Shown: positions 45,811-54,890 of the stretch, one piece after another
Numbering within the stretch: the first letter of the stretch is position 1
How the letters are laid out: each line of letters opens with the position of its first letter
Position numbers and translations under genes: made by a program
Assembly: GCA_019634975.1 (NCBI GenBank)
Contig: JAHCAI010000005.1
Coordinates: forward strand, 177,719-241,718
From: Burkholderiales bacterium
GTDB taxonomy: Bacteria > Pseudomonadota > Gammaproteobacteria > Burkholderiales > SG8-41
Length of the DNA stretch: 64,000 nt
Direction: 5' to 3'
Notes under the pieces: generated by a model
What the model was told of the DNA's origin: nothing
The model's database searches: none
The model's input: only the letters and a program-made list of their open reading frames with translations

Positions 45811-46608
45811 ATGACCGCCAACTACTCCACCCGATTCCGCTGCATCCGCGACGAAGTCAGTCCCGAGGAGTGGGAAACCCGGGTCAACCTCGCCGCCTGC
45901 TACCGGCTGACCGACAGCTTCGGCATGACCGACCTGATCTACAACCACATCACCGCGCGCATTCCCGGTGACGACGAGCACCTGCTGATCAACCTCTACG
46001 GCCTGCTTTACAAGGAAATCACCGCCTCCAGCCTGGTCAAGATCGACCTCGAGGGCAACATCCTGTGGAAACCCGACACCGACTACGGCATCAACAAGTC
46101 CGGCTACGTGATCCACGGCGCGATCCACCGCGCCCGGCCCGAGGTGAAGTGCGTGATGCACACCCATACCCGCGCCGGCATGGCGGTGAGTTCGATGAAA
46201 TGCGGCCTGCTGCCGATGACCCAGACCGCGATGCGCTTCGTCGGCCACCACGGTTACCACGACTACGAGGGCCCGGCGATCGACCTCGCCGAACGCGAAC
46301 GCCTGGTGCGCGACCTCGGCCCGCACGACACGCTGATCCTGCGCAACCACGGCCTGCTGACCTGCGGTGCCACGATCCAGCAGGCCTTCAACACCATGTA
46401 CCAGCTGGAGCTGTCCTGCCGCGCCCAGGTCGACGCGATGGCTGGCGGCCAGGAAATCGTGCTGCCGGCACAGGAAGTCATCGAACACACGGCCAACCTG
46501 TACCAGCCCGGCACGCGCCGCCCGTACGGCGTGCTGGAATGGCACGCGATGCTGCGGCTGCTCGATGCGGAATCGAAAAACTCCGGCTATCCGCCATACT
46601 GGCATTGA
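45811..46608 (+). CDS. Class II aldolase/adducin-domain protein
   Basis: 265 aa. GYVIHGAIHRARPEVKCVMHTHT and ILRNHGLLTCG motifs. Confidence 0.85.
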   Translation: MTANYSTRFRCIRDEVSPEEWETRVNLAACYRLTDSFGMTDLIYNHITARIPGDDEHLLINLYGLLYKEITASSLVKIDLEGNILWKPDTDYGINKSGYVIHGAIHRARPEVKCVMHTHTRAGMAVSSMKCGLLPMTQTAMRFVGHHGYHDYEGPAIDLAERERLVRDLGPHDTLILRNHGLLTCGATIQQAFNTMYQLELSCRAQVDAMAGGQEIVLPAQEVIEHTANLYQPGTRRPYGVLEWHAMLRLLDAESKNSGYPPYWH

Positions 46609-46665
46609 CCCCCGCCTCGCCTCACCCCCCCACTCCTCACCCCTCACACCTCACGGATGTAAAAC

Positions 46666-47832
46666 ATGGATTTCAGGATTTCCGAAGAACAACGCGCCTT
46701 CGTCGACACCGTGCGCCGGGTCTGCCAGGAGGAATTTGCGCCGCGTGCGATCAAGTACCTCGACGGCACCTGGCCGGCGGAGAACATGAAGCGGCTCGGC
46801 GAAATCGGCGTGCTCGGCATGGCGGTGCCCGAGGAATACGGCGGCTCCGGCCTGTCGATCCTCGACACCGTGCTGGTGCTCGAGGAGATCGGCAAGGTCT
46901 GCTACGTCACCGCGATGGGCGCGCTCGGCGAAGTCGGCACCCAGACGCGCGTCATATCGACGTTTGCGCCGGAAGAGATAAAGCGCCGCATCCTGCCCCG
47001 CGTCGCCAGCGGCGAAGCCATGCTCGCGATCTGCATGACCGAGCCCGACGCCGGCACCGACGTGCCGAACTACAGGACCAACTGCACGATCAAGGGCGAC
47101 CGCGTGATCCTGCGCGGCGCCAAGACACTGATTTCGCGCGCCGACATCGCCGAGATGTTCGTCGTGTTCACCCGCGTCGACAACAAGCCCGGGGCCGAAG
47201 GCATCGGCTGCGTGCTGGTGCCGGGAGGGAGCAAGGGCCTGATCGCCAGGGCGAGCTACCACACGATGGGCGGCGAATACCTGTCGGACGTGGTATTCGA
47301 CGACATCGAACTGCCGATCGAGAACCTGGTGATCCGCGACAACGGCATGAAGAAACTATTGTCGGCCTTCAACACCCAGCGCGTGCTGAACCCGGCGATC
47401 TGCCTCGGCCTCGCTGAAGGCGCGCTGGAGGAAGCGGTGAAATACATGCGCAACCGCTCCGCCTTTGGCAAAAAAATCGGCGATTTCCAGGGCATGCGCT
47501 GGAAAGTCGCCGACATGTACATCGAGATCGAGGCCGCGCGCGGCCTGCTCTACCGCGCCGCGGTGTCAGGCGACAAATTCCCGGACCCGACGCTGGCGGC
47601 AATGGCCAAGATATACACCAACGAAATGTCCATCCGCGTCACCAGCGAGGCCGTTCAGGTGCACGGCGGCTACGGTTTCACCGACGAGTTCCCGGTGTCG
47701 CGCTTTTTCCGGGGCACGCGCTACGGCAGCCTCGGCGGCGGCACCACCGAAACCCTGCGCAACATGGTCGGCCGCAAGCTGGTCGAACAGATGGATCTCG
47801 CGTCGGGCTGCCTGGGGATGGACTATTTTTAG
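46666..47832 (+). CDS. Acyl-CoA dehydrogenase
   Basis: 388 aa. CMTEPDAGTD, QVHGGYGFTDEFPVSRFFR, GGGTTETLRN. Confidence 0.9.
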   Translation: MDFRISEEQRAFVDTVRRVCQEEFAPRAIKYLDGTWPAENMKRLGEIGVLGMAVPEEYGGSGLSILDTVLVLEEIGKVCYVTAMGALGEVGTQTRVISTFAPEEIKRRILPRVASGEAMLAICMTEPDAGTDVPNYRTNCTIKGDRVILRGAKTLISRADIAEMFVVFTRVDNKPGAEGIGCVLVPGGSKGLIARASYHTMGGEYLSDVVFDDIELPIENLVIRDNGMKKLLSAFNTQRVLNPAICLGLAEGALEEAVKYMRNRSAFGKKIGDFQGMRWKVADMYIEIEAARGLLYRAAVSGDKFPDPTLAAMAKIYTNEMSIRVTSEAVQVHGGYGFTDEFPVSRFFRGTRYGSLGGGTTETLRNMVGRKLVEQMDLASGCLGMDYF

Positions 47833-47890
47833 CGATGGACGATGAGCTGCAGAATCGCTCATCGTCCATCACTTCGCGTTCACCACTGCA

Positions 47891-48895
47891 TCAATACACC
47901 GGCCGGGAGCGGAAATGGCGCTCGCGGGCGATTGATTTGACCTTCACCGCCTCGACCCGGTTGCCCTTCAGCACATCCAGCGTGACCTCGACTCCGGCCT
48001 CGCCGGTTTTCCACAGGCGGGTGTAGAAGTCGGCCTGCCCCTGGAGCGGCTGCCCGCCGAGGCCGACGATGATGTCGCCGGCCTGCAGTCCCGCCTCCTC
48101 GGCGGGGCCTTCCGCGGTCACCCGTGTGACGATCACCTTGCCCTGCACCTCCTGCGAGGTGATGCCGAGCCAGGGCCTCGGCTTGGACGTCGCCCGGCCG
48201 TTGGCGATGAAATCACCGAGCACCGGCTTCAGGGTGTCGATCGGCACGAACATGTTGCCGGGAACGCCGCTCTGGCCGATGGCATCTCCCACAGCGAGCG
48301 AGCCGATGCCCAGCAGCTTGCCCTCGCGCGACAGCAGTGCTGCGCCCTGCCAGTTGACGGTCGCCGGCGCAGTATAGATAGCCTCGTCGAGCAGGTATTC
48401 CCAGTAGCCGACGAACGGCCGCTTGGACACGATATAAGCCGGCGCCACGCCATCGAAACCGACGATCAGCACCATGTCGCGCGGGCTGGCGGCCGCCGAC
48501 TGGCCGAAATCGACCGGCTTCACCGGCAGGGGCTGCAGTGATTTCACCAGCCCGAGGCCGGTGGCATTGTCATAACCGACGACATTCGCCGCGAACTTGC
48601 GCCCGTCAGCCGTCGCCAGCTCGACGGTGTCGGCCTCGGTCACCAGGTAGCCGATGGTCATCACCAGTCCGCTCGAGTCGATGACCACGCCGGTGCCTTC
48701 GCGCTGGGCGCCCAGCGTGCGTGCGCTGCGCGCATCGGGAACCGCCTTGACCGTCAGCTTGACCACCGAAAAATGGTCCAGCGTCAGCTGGCTTTCGGCG
48801 GCCAGGGCCGGCACCGGGAACAGCAGGACAGCGAGGACCGGCAAAGCCCGGGCCAGGCGCTGCAGCCCGGTGATGATGGAGTGGAATGGATACAT
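47891..48895 (-). CDS. HtrA/DegS-like trypsin-fold + PDZ protein, catalytic triad apparently replaced (pseudoprotease)
   Basis: 334 aa with signal peptide. Colinear with DegS-type proteases, but TIGYLV stands where TNxHV is expected, NATGLGLVK where SDLAVLK is, and VNWQGAALL where GNSGGAL is. C-terminal PDZ (GLQAGDIIVGLGGQPL). Confidence 0.7.
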   Translation of the reverse strand: MYPFHSIITGLQRLARALPVLAVLLFPVPALAAESQLTLDHFSVVKLTVKAVPDARSARTLGAQREGTGVVIDSSGLVMTIGYLVTEADTVELATADGRKFAANVVGYDNATGLGLVKSLQPLPVKPVDFGQSAAASPRDMVLIVGFDGVAPAYIVSKRPFVGYWEYLLDEAIYTAPATVNWQGAALLSREGKLLGIGSLAVGDAIGQSGVPGNMFVPIDTLKPVLGDFIANGRATSKPRPWLGITSQEVQGKVIVTRVTAEGPAEEAGLQAGDIIVGLGGQPLQGQADFYTRLWKTGEAGVEVTLDVLKGNRVEAVKVKSIARERHFRSRPVY

Positions 48896-49042
48896 GAGTG
48901 TCTCCGAGGAAATGCACCCGCAGCGCGATCGCCGCGGACACCTTCCGGATATCCTACGACTAATGCGGGCGCTCCAAAAGGTCCGGGCGGGGAATGGCGA
49001 TACAATGCGGCTCTTTTACCGGAATTGTGGAGGACAAACGGC

Positions 49043-49816
49043 ATGGAATTCGGACTCAAGGGCAAGGTTGCCGTGGTAACCGGCGGCACCGAGGGCATCG
49101 GCAAGGCAACCGCGCTGACCCTGGCGCGTGAGGGCGCAAAAGTGGCGATCTGCGCAAGGCGCCAGCCGCTGCTGGATGCGGTGGCCGCGGAAATCACCAA
49201 GGCCGGCGGAGAAGTGCTGGCCCTGTCCGCGGACATGGGCAAAGCGGCGGATGTCGAGCGCTTCATCAACGAGGTGGTCAAGCGTTTCGGCGGCATCGAC
49301 ATCCTGGTCAACAACGCCGGAACCTCGAAGCGCGGCAAGTTCCTCGAACTGTCCGACGACGAGTGGGCCGCCGATCTCGAACTCAAGGTGTTCGGCGCGA
49401 TTCGCTGCTCGCGACTGGCGATCCCGCACATGAAAAAGCGCGGCGGCGGTCGCATCATCAACATCACCATCTCCGGCGCCAAGCAGCCGGGCGCGGAATC
49501 CTATCCGACCTCGGTTTCGCGCGCCGCCGGCCTGGCGATGACCAAGGCCCTGTCGAAGGAGTTCGCCGCGGACAACATCCTCGTGAATACGATCTGCATC
49601 GGCAAGATCAAGTCGGGCCAGCATGAACGCCGCTACACCAAGGACGGCATCAGCGCCGATGATTACTACGCCAAGCTCGGCAAGGACATCCCGCTCAAGC
49701 GCGCGGGCGAGGCGCAGGAAGTTGCCAACGTCATCACCTTCCTCGCCTCGGATGCCGCCAGCTATGTCACCGGCACCAGCATCAACCTGGACGGCGGGAT
49801 TTCCGGGGTGCTCTGA
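49043..49816 (+). CDS. Short-chain dehydrogenase/reductase (SDR)
   Basis: ORF 48773-49816. ATG 49043 follows ggagga. KVAVVTGGTEGIGKA, NNAG, S...Y..SK-type active-site region. Confidence 0.88.
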   Translation: MEFGLKGKVAVVTGGTEGIGKATALTLAREGAKVAICARRQPLLDAVAAEITKAGGEVLALSADMGKAADVERFINEVVKRFGGIDILVNNAGTSKRGKFLELSDDEWAADLELKVFGAIRCSRLAIPHMKKRGGGRIINITISGAKQPGAESYPTSVSRAAGLAMTKALSKEFAADNILVNTICIGKIKSGQHERRYTKDGISADDYYAKLGKDIPLKRAGEAQEVANVITFLASDAASYVTGTSINLDGGISGVL

Positions 49817-49837
49817 AAACCGCCGCGAGGCCCGCGC

Positions 49838-50836
49838 CTAATCCTCGCGAACGACGCGGAAGCCGCGCGTGTAGACCCGGATGACGACCGGACTGCCGAC
49901 GCGGTAAGCGGCGCGCAGGCCTGCCGGACCTTCGTCCCAGGCCCCGCCGCGCACCGCGCGCATGCCGCAGTCCCCGTCGCTGCGGCTGCTCCCGTCGGCA
50001 GGCGCGCCCCGATAATCGGGATTCCAGCAATCGGCCGTCCATTCGGCCGCGTTGCCGAGCATGTCATGCAGCCCGAAGGCGTTGGCAAGAAAACTGCCGG
50101 CGGGCGCGGTGTGAACATGGCCGTCGTCGCAGTCGGCGGCGTCCCAGTCCGCGGCCAAGGGAAGCGCCGCGCGCAGGCGGGCGTCCGCCCCGTTGGCATG
50201 CGCGCAGGCGGCGTGGCCGTCCGTTCCCCAGAAGCGCGGCGTGACCGAACCCGCGCGTGCCGCGTACTCCCACTCGGCCTCGCTGGGCAGGCGGTAGCGC
50301 CTGCCCGTCAACTGGCTCAGCCAGCGCACATAGGCCTCGGCATCCTCCCAGCTCACACAGGTTGCCGGATGGCGGTCGTCCTGCGGGTAACCCGGGCTGT
50401 GCCAGCCCGTTGCACTGTCGAGCCGGTGCTCGCCGCCGGCCCAGACGAAGCACGCGCCCGCGGCATGGCCGCTTGCCTCGGCGAACCGGCGAAACTCGCC
50501 GCGCGTGACCTCGAATTGGCCGATAGCGAAAGCCGCAATGCGCACACGCCGTTGCGGCAGGCTGCGGTTGCGGAAGGACTCGCCGAGGCGTTCGCGGTCC
50601 TCCTCTCCCGTTCCCGCCCCCATCAGGAACTCGCCCGGCGGAATGCGCACCATCTGCGGACAGGCCTCGCAGTCGCGAAACACTTCCGGCGATGACGCCG
50701 CACCGGTCGGACCTTCCCTCGCGCCTGCGATGCCCGCTGAGAGCAACAAGACGAGGAACAGCAGCCTGAAGGCAACGGTCTCCGGAGCGGAGACCCTGGA
50801 CCTGAAACCGGGAGCAGATTCGGATGCACGCTGCAT
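49838..50836 (-). CDS. Formylglycine-generating-enzyme (SUMF1) domain protein, secreted
   Basis: 332 aa. Signal peptide. RLPSEAEWEYAARAG, GLHDMLGNAAEWTADCW and RGGAWD motifs of the FGE-sulfatase fold. Confidence 0.8.
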   Translation of the reverse strand: MQRASESAPGFRSRVSAPETVAFRLLFLVLLLSAGIAGAREGPTGAASSPEVFRDCEACPQMVRIPPGEFLMGAGTGEEDRERLGESFRNRSLPQRRVRIAAFAIGQFEVTRGEFRRFAEASGHAAGACFVWAGGEHRLDSATGWHSPGYPQDDRHPATCVSWEDAEAYVRWLSQLTGRRYRLPSEAEWEYAARAGSVTPRFWGTDGHAACAHANGADARLRAALPLAADWDAADCDDGHVHTAPAGSFLANAFGLHDMLGNAAEWTADCWNPDYRGAPADGSSRSDGDCGMRAVRGGAWDEGPAGLRAAYRVGSPVVIRVYTRGFRVVRED

Positions 50837-50884
50837 CGGACGGAATCCCGCGAAGCCGCCGGGATCGAAAAGGCCCGGAGGAAG

Positions 50885-50930
50885 TGGTGCTGACGAGAGG
50901 AGTCGAACCTCCGACCTACTGATTACGAAT
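50885..50930 (-). pseudogene. 3' half (positions 31-76) of host tRNA-Thr(CGU), displaced by the island
   Basis: The reverse strand reads ATTCGTAATCAGTAGGTCGGAGGTTCGACTCCTCTCGTCAGCACCA. Its acceptor 3' strand CGTCAGC and anticodon-stem strand TCAGT pair perfectly with the 5' half at 59564-59602. Confidence 0.85.
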
Positions 50931-50974
50931 TAATTTTTAAGGACAAAAAGAATTCTTAGAAATCAATGGCTCGT

Positions 50975-51235
50975 AATGCTATAGGGGGCAGTATTTGTCA
51001 AATAAAATCAATCGGTTAATTGCATTATTCGGTTCACAAACGACTCCCAATGTCTTCGGGCTACATCACCCCATTTGCCTACTATTTGCCTACTACACAG
51101 CATGAATTCTCATGGTTAACTGCCGTAAGTAACTGGCTATCAACCGTGTTGGTCGCCGATACCCCCATTTGGGTACTGCGACGATGGCCAGTTCCGGTCT
51201 GGCGAAACACGGATGCCTGAAATTGTTTGAAGCCC
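50975..51235 (+). pseudogene. Integrase-proximal arm plus truncated, frame-disrupted integrase 5' remnant
   Basis: 50975-51235 aligns by eye with 54767-~55010 (the upstream region and first ~40 codons of integrase 54891-56129). Both start AATGCTATAGGGG...TGTCAAATAAA...TGCATT...CTATTTGCC, and the ATGs (51102 / 54891) sit at equivalent distances. In the remnant TTAACTGCCGTAAG aligns with TTAACAGCCGCGAG and CCGATACCCCC with CCGATACCGGT. No intact frame remains. Confidence 0.65.
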
Positions 51236-51248
51236 GGTAGTGCGTTGG

Positions 51249-52661
51249 CTACATGAAGCTCCGGAAATCATAAACCGTATCGACCATGTCTGGATTCTGC
51301 TGAATGATTCTGGCAAATCGGCTTGAATACACCAGTGTAACCGGCAACTTCTTGTAAAGCGTATTGTTGTTCCAGTCCATTTTCGTCAAGCCGAGAATGC
51401 CCGCACAGGTGTCGTGCCACCCCCCAGCACCACTAAAACGCCTTACAAGTATCGGGGACGGAGTTGGTTTTAGAGGGCCTTCTTTGTATACGTTGTAGTG
51501 CGCGGCCTGCATGTGTACGCCTACAACACTCCCTTGCGTCCACAACAAGACCTCGCTCCCCTTCAGCGGCATATAGGTCCCCCGTGGCACAGGATATCGG
51601 TGGGGCTGTGGCGGATTTTTATTGTCGTAACGCATGGCTTTCCAGTCAGTCTCCCGGACGATTTGCACAAGTTCAACTTCGGTAGCATCGTTGAAGCTGT
51701 CGAGTGCCCCAAGTATCTCTTCCTCCTTGAACTCAGTGTTCTTGTGAATGGTGATCTTGGAGGGGAGCCTGCCAGCGTGTCCGTGTTGATAGATTCGGAG
51801 GCTGCGGGAGAGCACGGATTGCATTTCATAGTAAGAGAGATATGGATTATGACTGCGGTCTTTCGTGAACTCCTTCGCATCGTAAGCAACGAACTGGAAG
51901 CCAGTTCCATCAGGATCAAACACCTGACTGCAGCAAGTGCTGTATTGATTTCCGTCCTTGTTAGATTTAATTGCGTAGCCAATGCCGATATAAGCTTCCT
52001 TGGGTGCGAGGCCAGTCAATTTCCAAGGTAGGCCGTTCGCCTTTGCATACAAAGCAACGCTTAAACCCCACATTACGTTCGCTCTGCATGTTCTCTCCAG
52101 ACTTTGCTGTCGAATAATCTGGAGGGGAATTCCCAATGGTGCAGTGAACGCCTTCAGGTAATCGTGAAAGTCAAAATTTTCACCCTCGAAGCACGCCTCC
52201 CAGCTCTGAGGAAGATAAAGCATCGCCACATCAAATTGACCGCGCGACGGCAAGAGTTGAGAAATGTTCTGAAGCAATTCATTTGCGAGCGAAAATTTGT
52301 CGGCATTGCCCGCATAACGCTCCAATTGATCGGATAAGGGCACGGTGATCGCGCTATCGACATCAGAGACCGGAATTCGGAACAGCTTTTCAAATCCGGG
52401 GTACTCTGGGTAGTAGTTAGTTGCCTCTCGCGGCTTTGCGGTTTTTCCGAGTTCTTTGATCAAGCCCTGTATCGCGCGTACATGCTGACGCGGCGCAAGA
52501 ATTGCGAGTCGAATTTTCGACGGCACGCCAAACTTTAGACCATATGGTCCGTGCTCGATCAAGCCGCGGAGAGGGTGAGTGTCCACCTTCTTAGCGTGGA
52601 ACATCAGCTCCGGCTCCGGCAGCGTGGTATAGCTAGTGAGTTCACCGGCACGATTAGTCAT
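51249..52661 (-). CDS. Short prokaryotic Argonaute (MID-PIWI only, catalytically degenerate)
   Basis: 470 aa. MID pocket-like HDYLK...LQIIRQ...[17 protein letters not shown]-like half with [13 protein letters not shown] and [13 protein letters not shown] at the positions of the DEDX residues. Its ATG overlaps the upstream SIR2 gene stop (ATGA). Confidence 0.85.
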   Translation of the reverse strand: MTNRAGELTSYTTLPEPELMFHAKKVDTHPLRGLIEHGPYGLKFGVPSKIRLAILAPRQHVRAIQGLIKELGKTAKPREATNYYPEYPGFEKLFRIPVSDVDSAITVPLSDQLERYAGNADKFSLANELLQNISQLLPSRGQFDVAMLYLPQSWEACFEGENFDFHDYLKAFTAPLGIPLQIIRQQSLERTCRANVMWGLSVALYAKANGLPWKLTGLAPKEAYIGIGYAIKSNKDGNQYSTCCSQVFDPDGTGFQFVAYDAKEFTKDRSHNPYLSYYEMQSVLSRSLRIYQHGHAGRLPSKITIHKNTEFKEEEILGALDSFNDATEVELVQIVRETDWKAMRYDNKNPPQPHRYPVPRGTYMPLKGSEVLLWTQGSVVGVHMQAAHYNVYKEGPLKPTPSPILVRRFSGAGGWHDTCAGILGLTKMDWNNNTLYKKLPVTLVYSSRFARIIQQNPDMVDTVYDFRSFM

Positions 52662-54418
52662 TGACGCGCCCGCCTGCAGAAAGCAGTTTCAGTCCCAACA
52701 GTGAAGGCGGGGTTCTCTAGTTCGTCCCCCCTATCGAATGGCCGCAATTGGACTGTATTGGTCTGATCGGCGGTCCCGAGCAAAATTTGACACCATGCTG
52801 ACAGGAGCTTATCTGTCTTGGCGTTAAAACGATCTGACCGGCGCTCGTCGAGTAGCGCTGTTGCGTCCTGCCGGGCCCACTTGGGCCATATCCAGATATC
52901 TGGCGTGACCATAAGCCAGCATCGGCCATCCTTCTCTTCGATTGCTATCTGCGCTGCTTCCGCCCATCCAACCTGTTCTTGCTCTGGATGCTCCGGCGTG
53001 GCTTTCGTAAAAAGTCCCGGAACGCTGCCATGTACCTTGCCGAGAACCTGAGACAATGGTTGCAGGTCCGACTGATCTTCGGCGTTTCGGTCTGCGATAA
53101 GAAATACACGGTGATGCGCGGAGCGAAGTAATAGTGACTTCCCGCGAGCAAGAGTGCGTCCCAGCGCCTTTTCAAGAAAGGCTTTTAGATATAGGTGATC
53201 TTTGAGATTTTGCGTTGCCACTGAAATATCATACGGCTGTACGCCAGCGTAACGATCACCGAACACCTGCTTCGCCACGTCCCTGCCGCCCCACATAAGA
53301 ACTGCTTCGCCTTTCGTAAGGATTAGCTGGTTTTTCGCTATCCTCTCAGCCTCATTAAGTTCGTTCCATTCCGGAATTACTGAAAACTTAGCTTCAAGAC
53401 ACTTATCCGGCAGTATTAGAGGTAGCGCATTTACACGCACTATCGGCCCACTGTTTCCGGGCGTGGGCATCGCAATGCTCACTTGGGAGTGCTGGGTCTT
53501 TTGCACCTTGGCGATGAATCTCGGATCCTTGTCAGGAATGTTTCGCCAGAGCCGCAAAAGCAATGTGTCGAACGTTTCAATTGAAATGTACTCAGCCTTA
53601 ACGCCCCGGGCTTTAGCAGCATCAAGCAGTCGCTGAACTGACGCAGGTGCTGAGCTGCCAATCCCGGTCCAGTAAAGGCCGTGGGGAAACGGATTGCTCG
53701 TCTGAAGCACGGATTGCAGCAAGGTCATGACGATGCTATCTCGGCCGCTGTATCCAGTTACGATCAGCCCAAATCTGTTGCAAGCATTGACAAAGCAGCG
53801 ACCCAACTCAGCATCATGTGAACGAAGGTCATCTGTTAGATTTTTGATGCTCTCGTACCGAAAATCGCCATGTAGCTTGCAATAAATTGGGTAGTTTTCG
53901 TTGTCCAGTGCGGCGTTTGCTGCGTATGAGCCTTCCAGATGGAATGCGGATAGGGACAACCCTGCAACTTCAGCAACGGATTTCTCAACAACGCTGTCAA
54001 AGTTCGTCGTGAATACCACTCGCGCATGGCCCATCGCCATAAGCGCTCCAAGTACGCGGTTTCCAACTGACAAAGCAACGCGATCCTCAGATAGCATCGC
54101 TCGTAAGTAAGCACTTTGTCTTTCATGATCTGAGCCGAATATGCGTTCAAAATAAGTTGAATATTCGTCGTCGGCCCAAGCATCAGGAAAGCCTTTGGAC
54201 AGCATGTATGACTGAATCTTGCTTTTTACTGCATCGTTCTGAATATCCTGTTGCGTGACCTCTTGATTTTCTTCCCTGCAGTAATGGCGCCGCTTCAGGT
54301 CCCAGATGATGTCCGTCGCAGTCGGCAGACCGGAGGACCGTGACGACCCTGCTCCAAGAAACCACGCAAAACGTTGAGGGCGCTCCGTGATAATTGATAT
54401 TAGCTCACTGTAGTCCAT
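52658..54418 (-). CDS. SIR2-APAZ protein (NADase effector partner of short pAgo)
   Basis: 586 aa. SIR2-type motifs [13 protein letters not shown] (aa 20-32), VVFTTNFD (aa 134-141), CKLHGD (aa 180-185) and GYSGRD, then a ~330-aa non-SIR2 C-terminal region of APAZ size. Confidence 0.85.
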   Translation of the reverse strand: MDYSELISIITERPQRFAWFLGAGSSRSSGLPTATDIIWDLKRRHYCREENQEVTQQDIQNDAVKSKIQSYMLSKGFPDAWADDEYSTYFERIFGSDHERQSAYLRAMLSEDRVALSVGNRVLGALMAMGHARVVFTTNFDSVVEKSVAEVAGLSLSAFHLEGSYAANAALDNENYPIYCKLHGDFRYESIKNLTDDLRSHDAELGRCFVNACNRFGLIVTGYSGRDSIVMTLLQSVLQTSNPFPHGLYWTGIGSSAPASVQRLLDAAKARGVKAEYISIETFDTLLLRLWRNIPDKDPRFIAKVQKTQHSQVSIAMPTPGNSGPIVRVNALPLILPDKCLEAKFSVIPEWNELNEAERIAKNQLILTKGEAVLMWGGRDVAKQVFGDRYAGVQPYDISVATQNLKDHLYLKAFLEKALGRTLARGKSLLLRSAHHRVFLIADRNAEDQSDLQPLSQVLGKVHGSVPGLFTKATPEHPEQEQVGWAEAAQIAIEEKDGRCWLMVTPDIWIWPKWARQDATALLDERRSDRFNAKTDKLLSAWCQILLGTADQTNTVQLRPFDRGDELENPAFTVGTETAFCRRARQ

Positions 54419-54890
54419 GGCTCTGCAGATTTCCCTCAGTCAAGCGGTAGCAATAATACGGCAACCAAAGCACTGTAGCAGATGCCGGCAAAGATCACTG
54501 TCAGGTTGCAATCGCACAATTCCCTCTCGCAATCAAAACTTGTTGATTACGCGTAAGTTGGGTTGGATTAAAAATCGCCCAGTCATAACTCAATAAATCA
54601 CTGCTGCAAATTACGCTTACCGCAGATCGCGGCCCTCCATCATCCCGCCACGGCATTGCTTGCCGCCCGCTTTAAGCAAACACCGCTAAAAAATATGAAC
54701 GAAATGCGAATTGCATATTTAGTCTGGTCATCGACCACATAAGTATTGTTATAAACAACATTTTCCAATGCTATAGGGGTTATGGATTGTCAAATAAATC
54801 AAGAACTTAACTGCATTTTTTGCTTGACCCCTGACTACTAACGTCTTAGGATAACTATTCACTTCGCTCACTATTTGCCAGTATTTTCGG

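Noticed and set aside
50885-50930. Interpretation as an ordinary attR tRNA-3'-end duplicate beside an intact tRNA
   Set aside because: Its acceptor and anticodon-stem strands do not match the intact tRNA at 59372-59447. They match the orphan 5' half at 59564-59602 perfectly, so it is the displaced half of a split gene.
51020-51220. 66-aa plus-strand ORF next to the tRNA fragment
   Set aside because: It lies within the decayed integrase arm/remnant (homologous to 54767-55010 but in mixed frames), so it is most likely not a gene.
51249-52661. Possibility that the Argonaute is a long, slicing pAgo or that a nuclease/TIR partner is present
   Set aside because: At 470 aa there is no room for N/PAZ domains. 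The DEDX positions read G/N/S-type residues by eye. The only partner gene is SIR2-type, with no TIR, Mrr or DUF4365-like ORF nearby.
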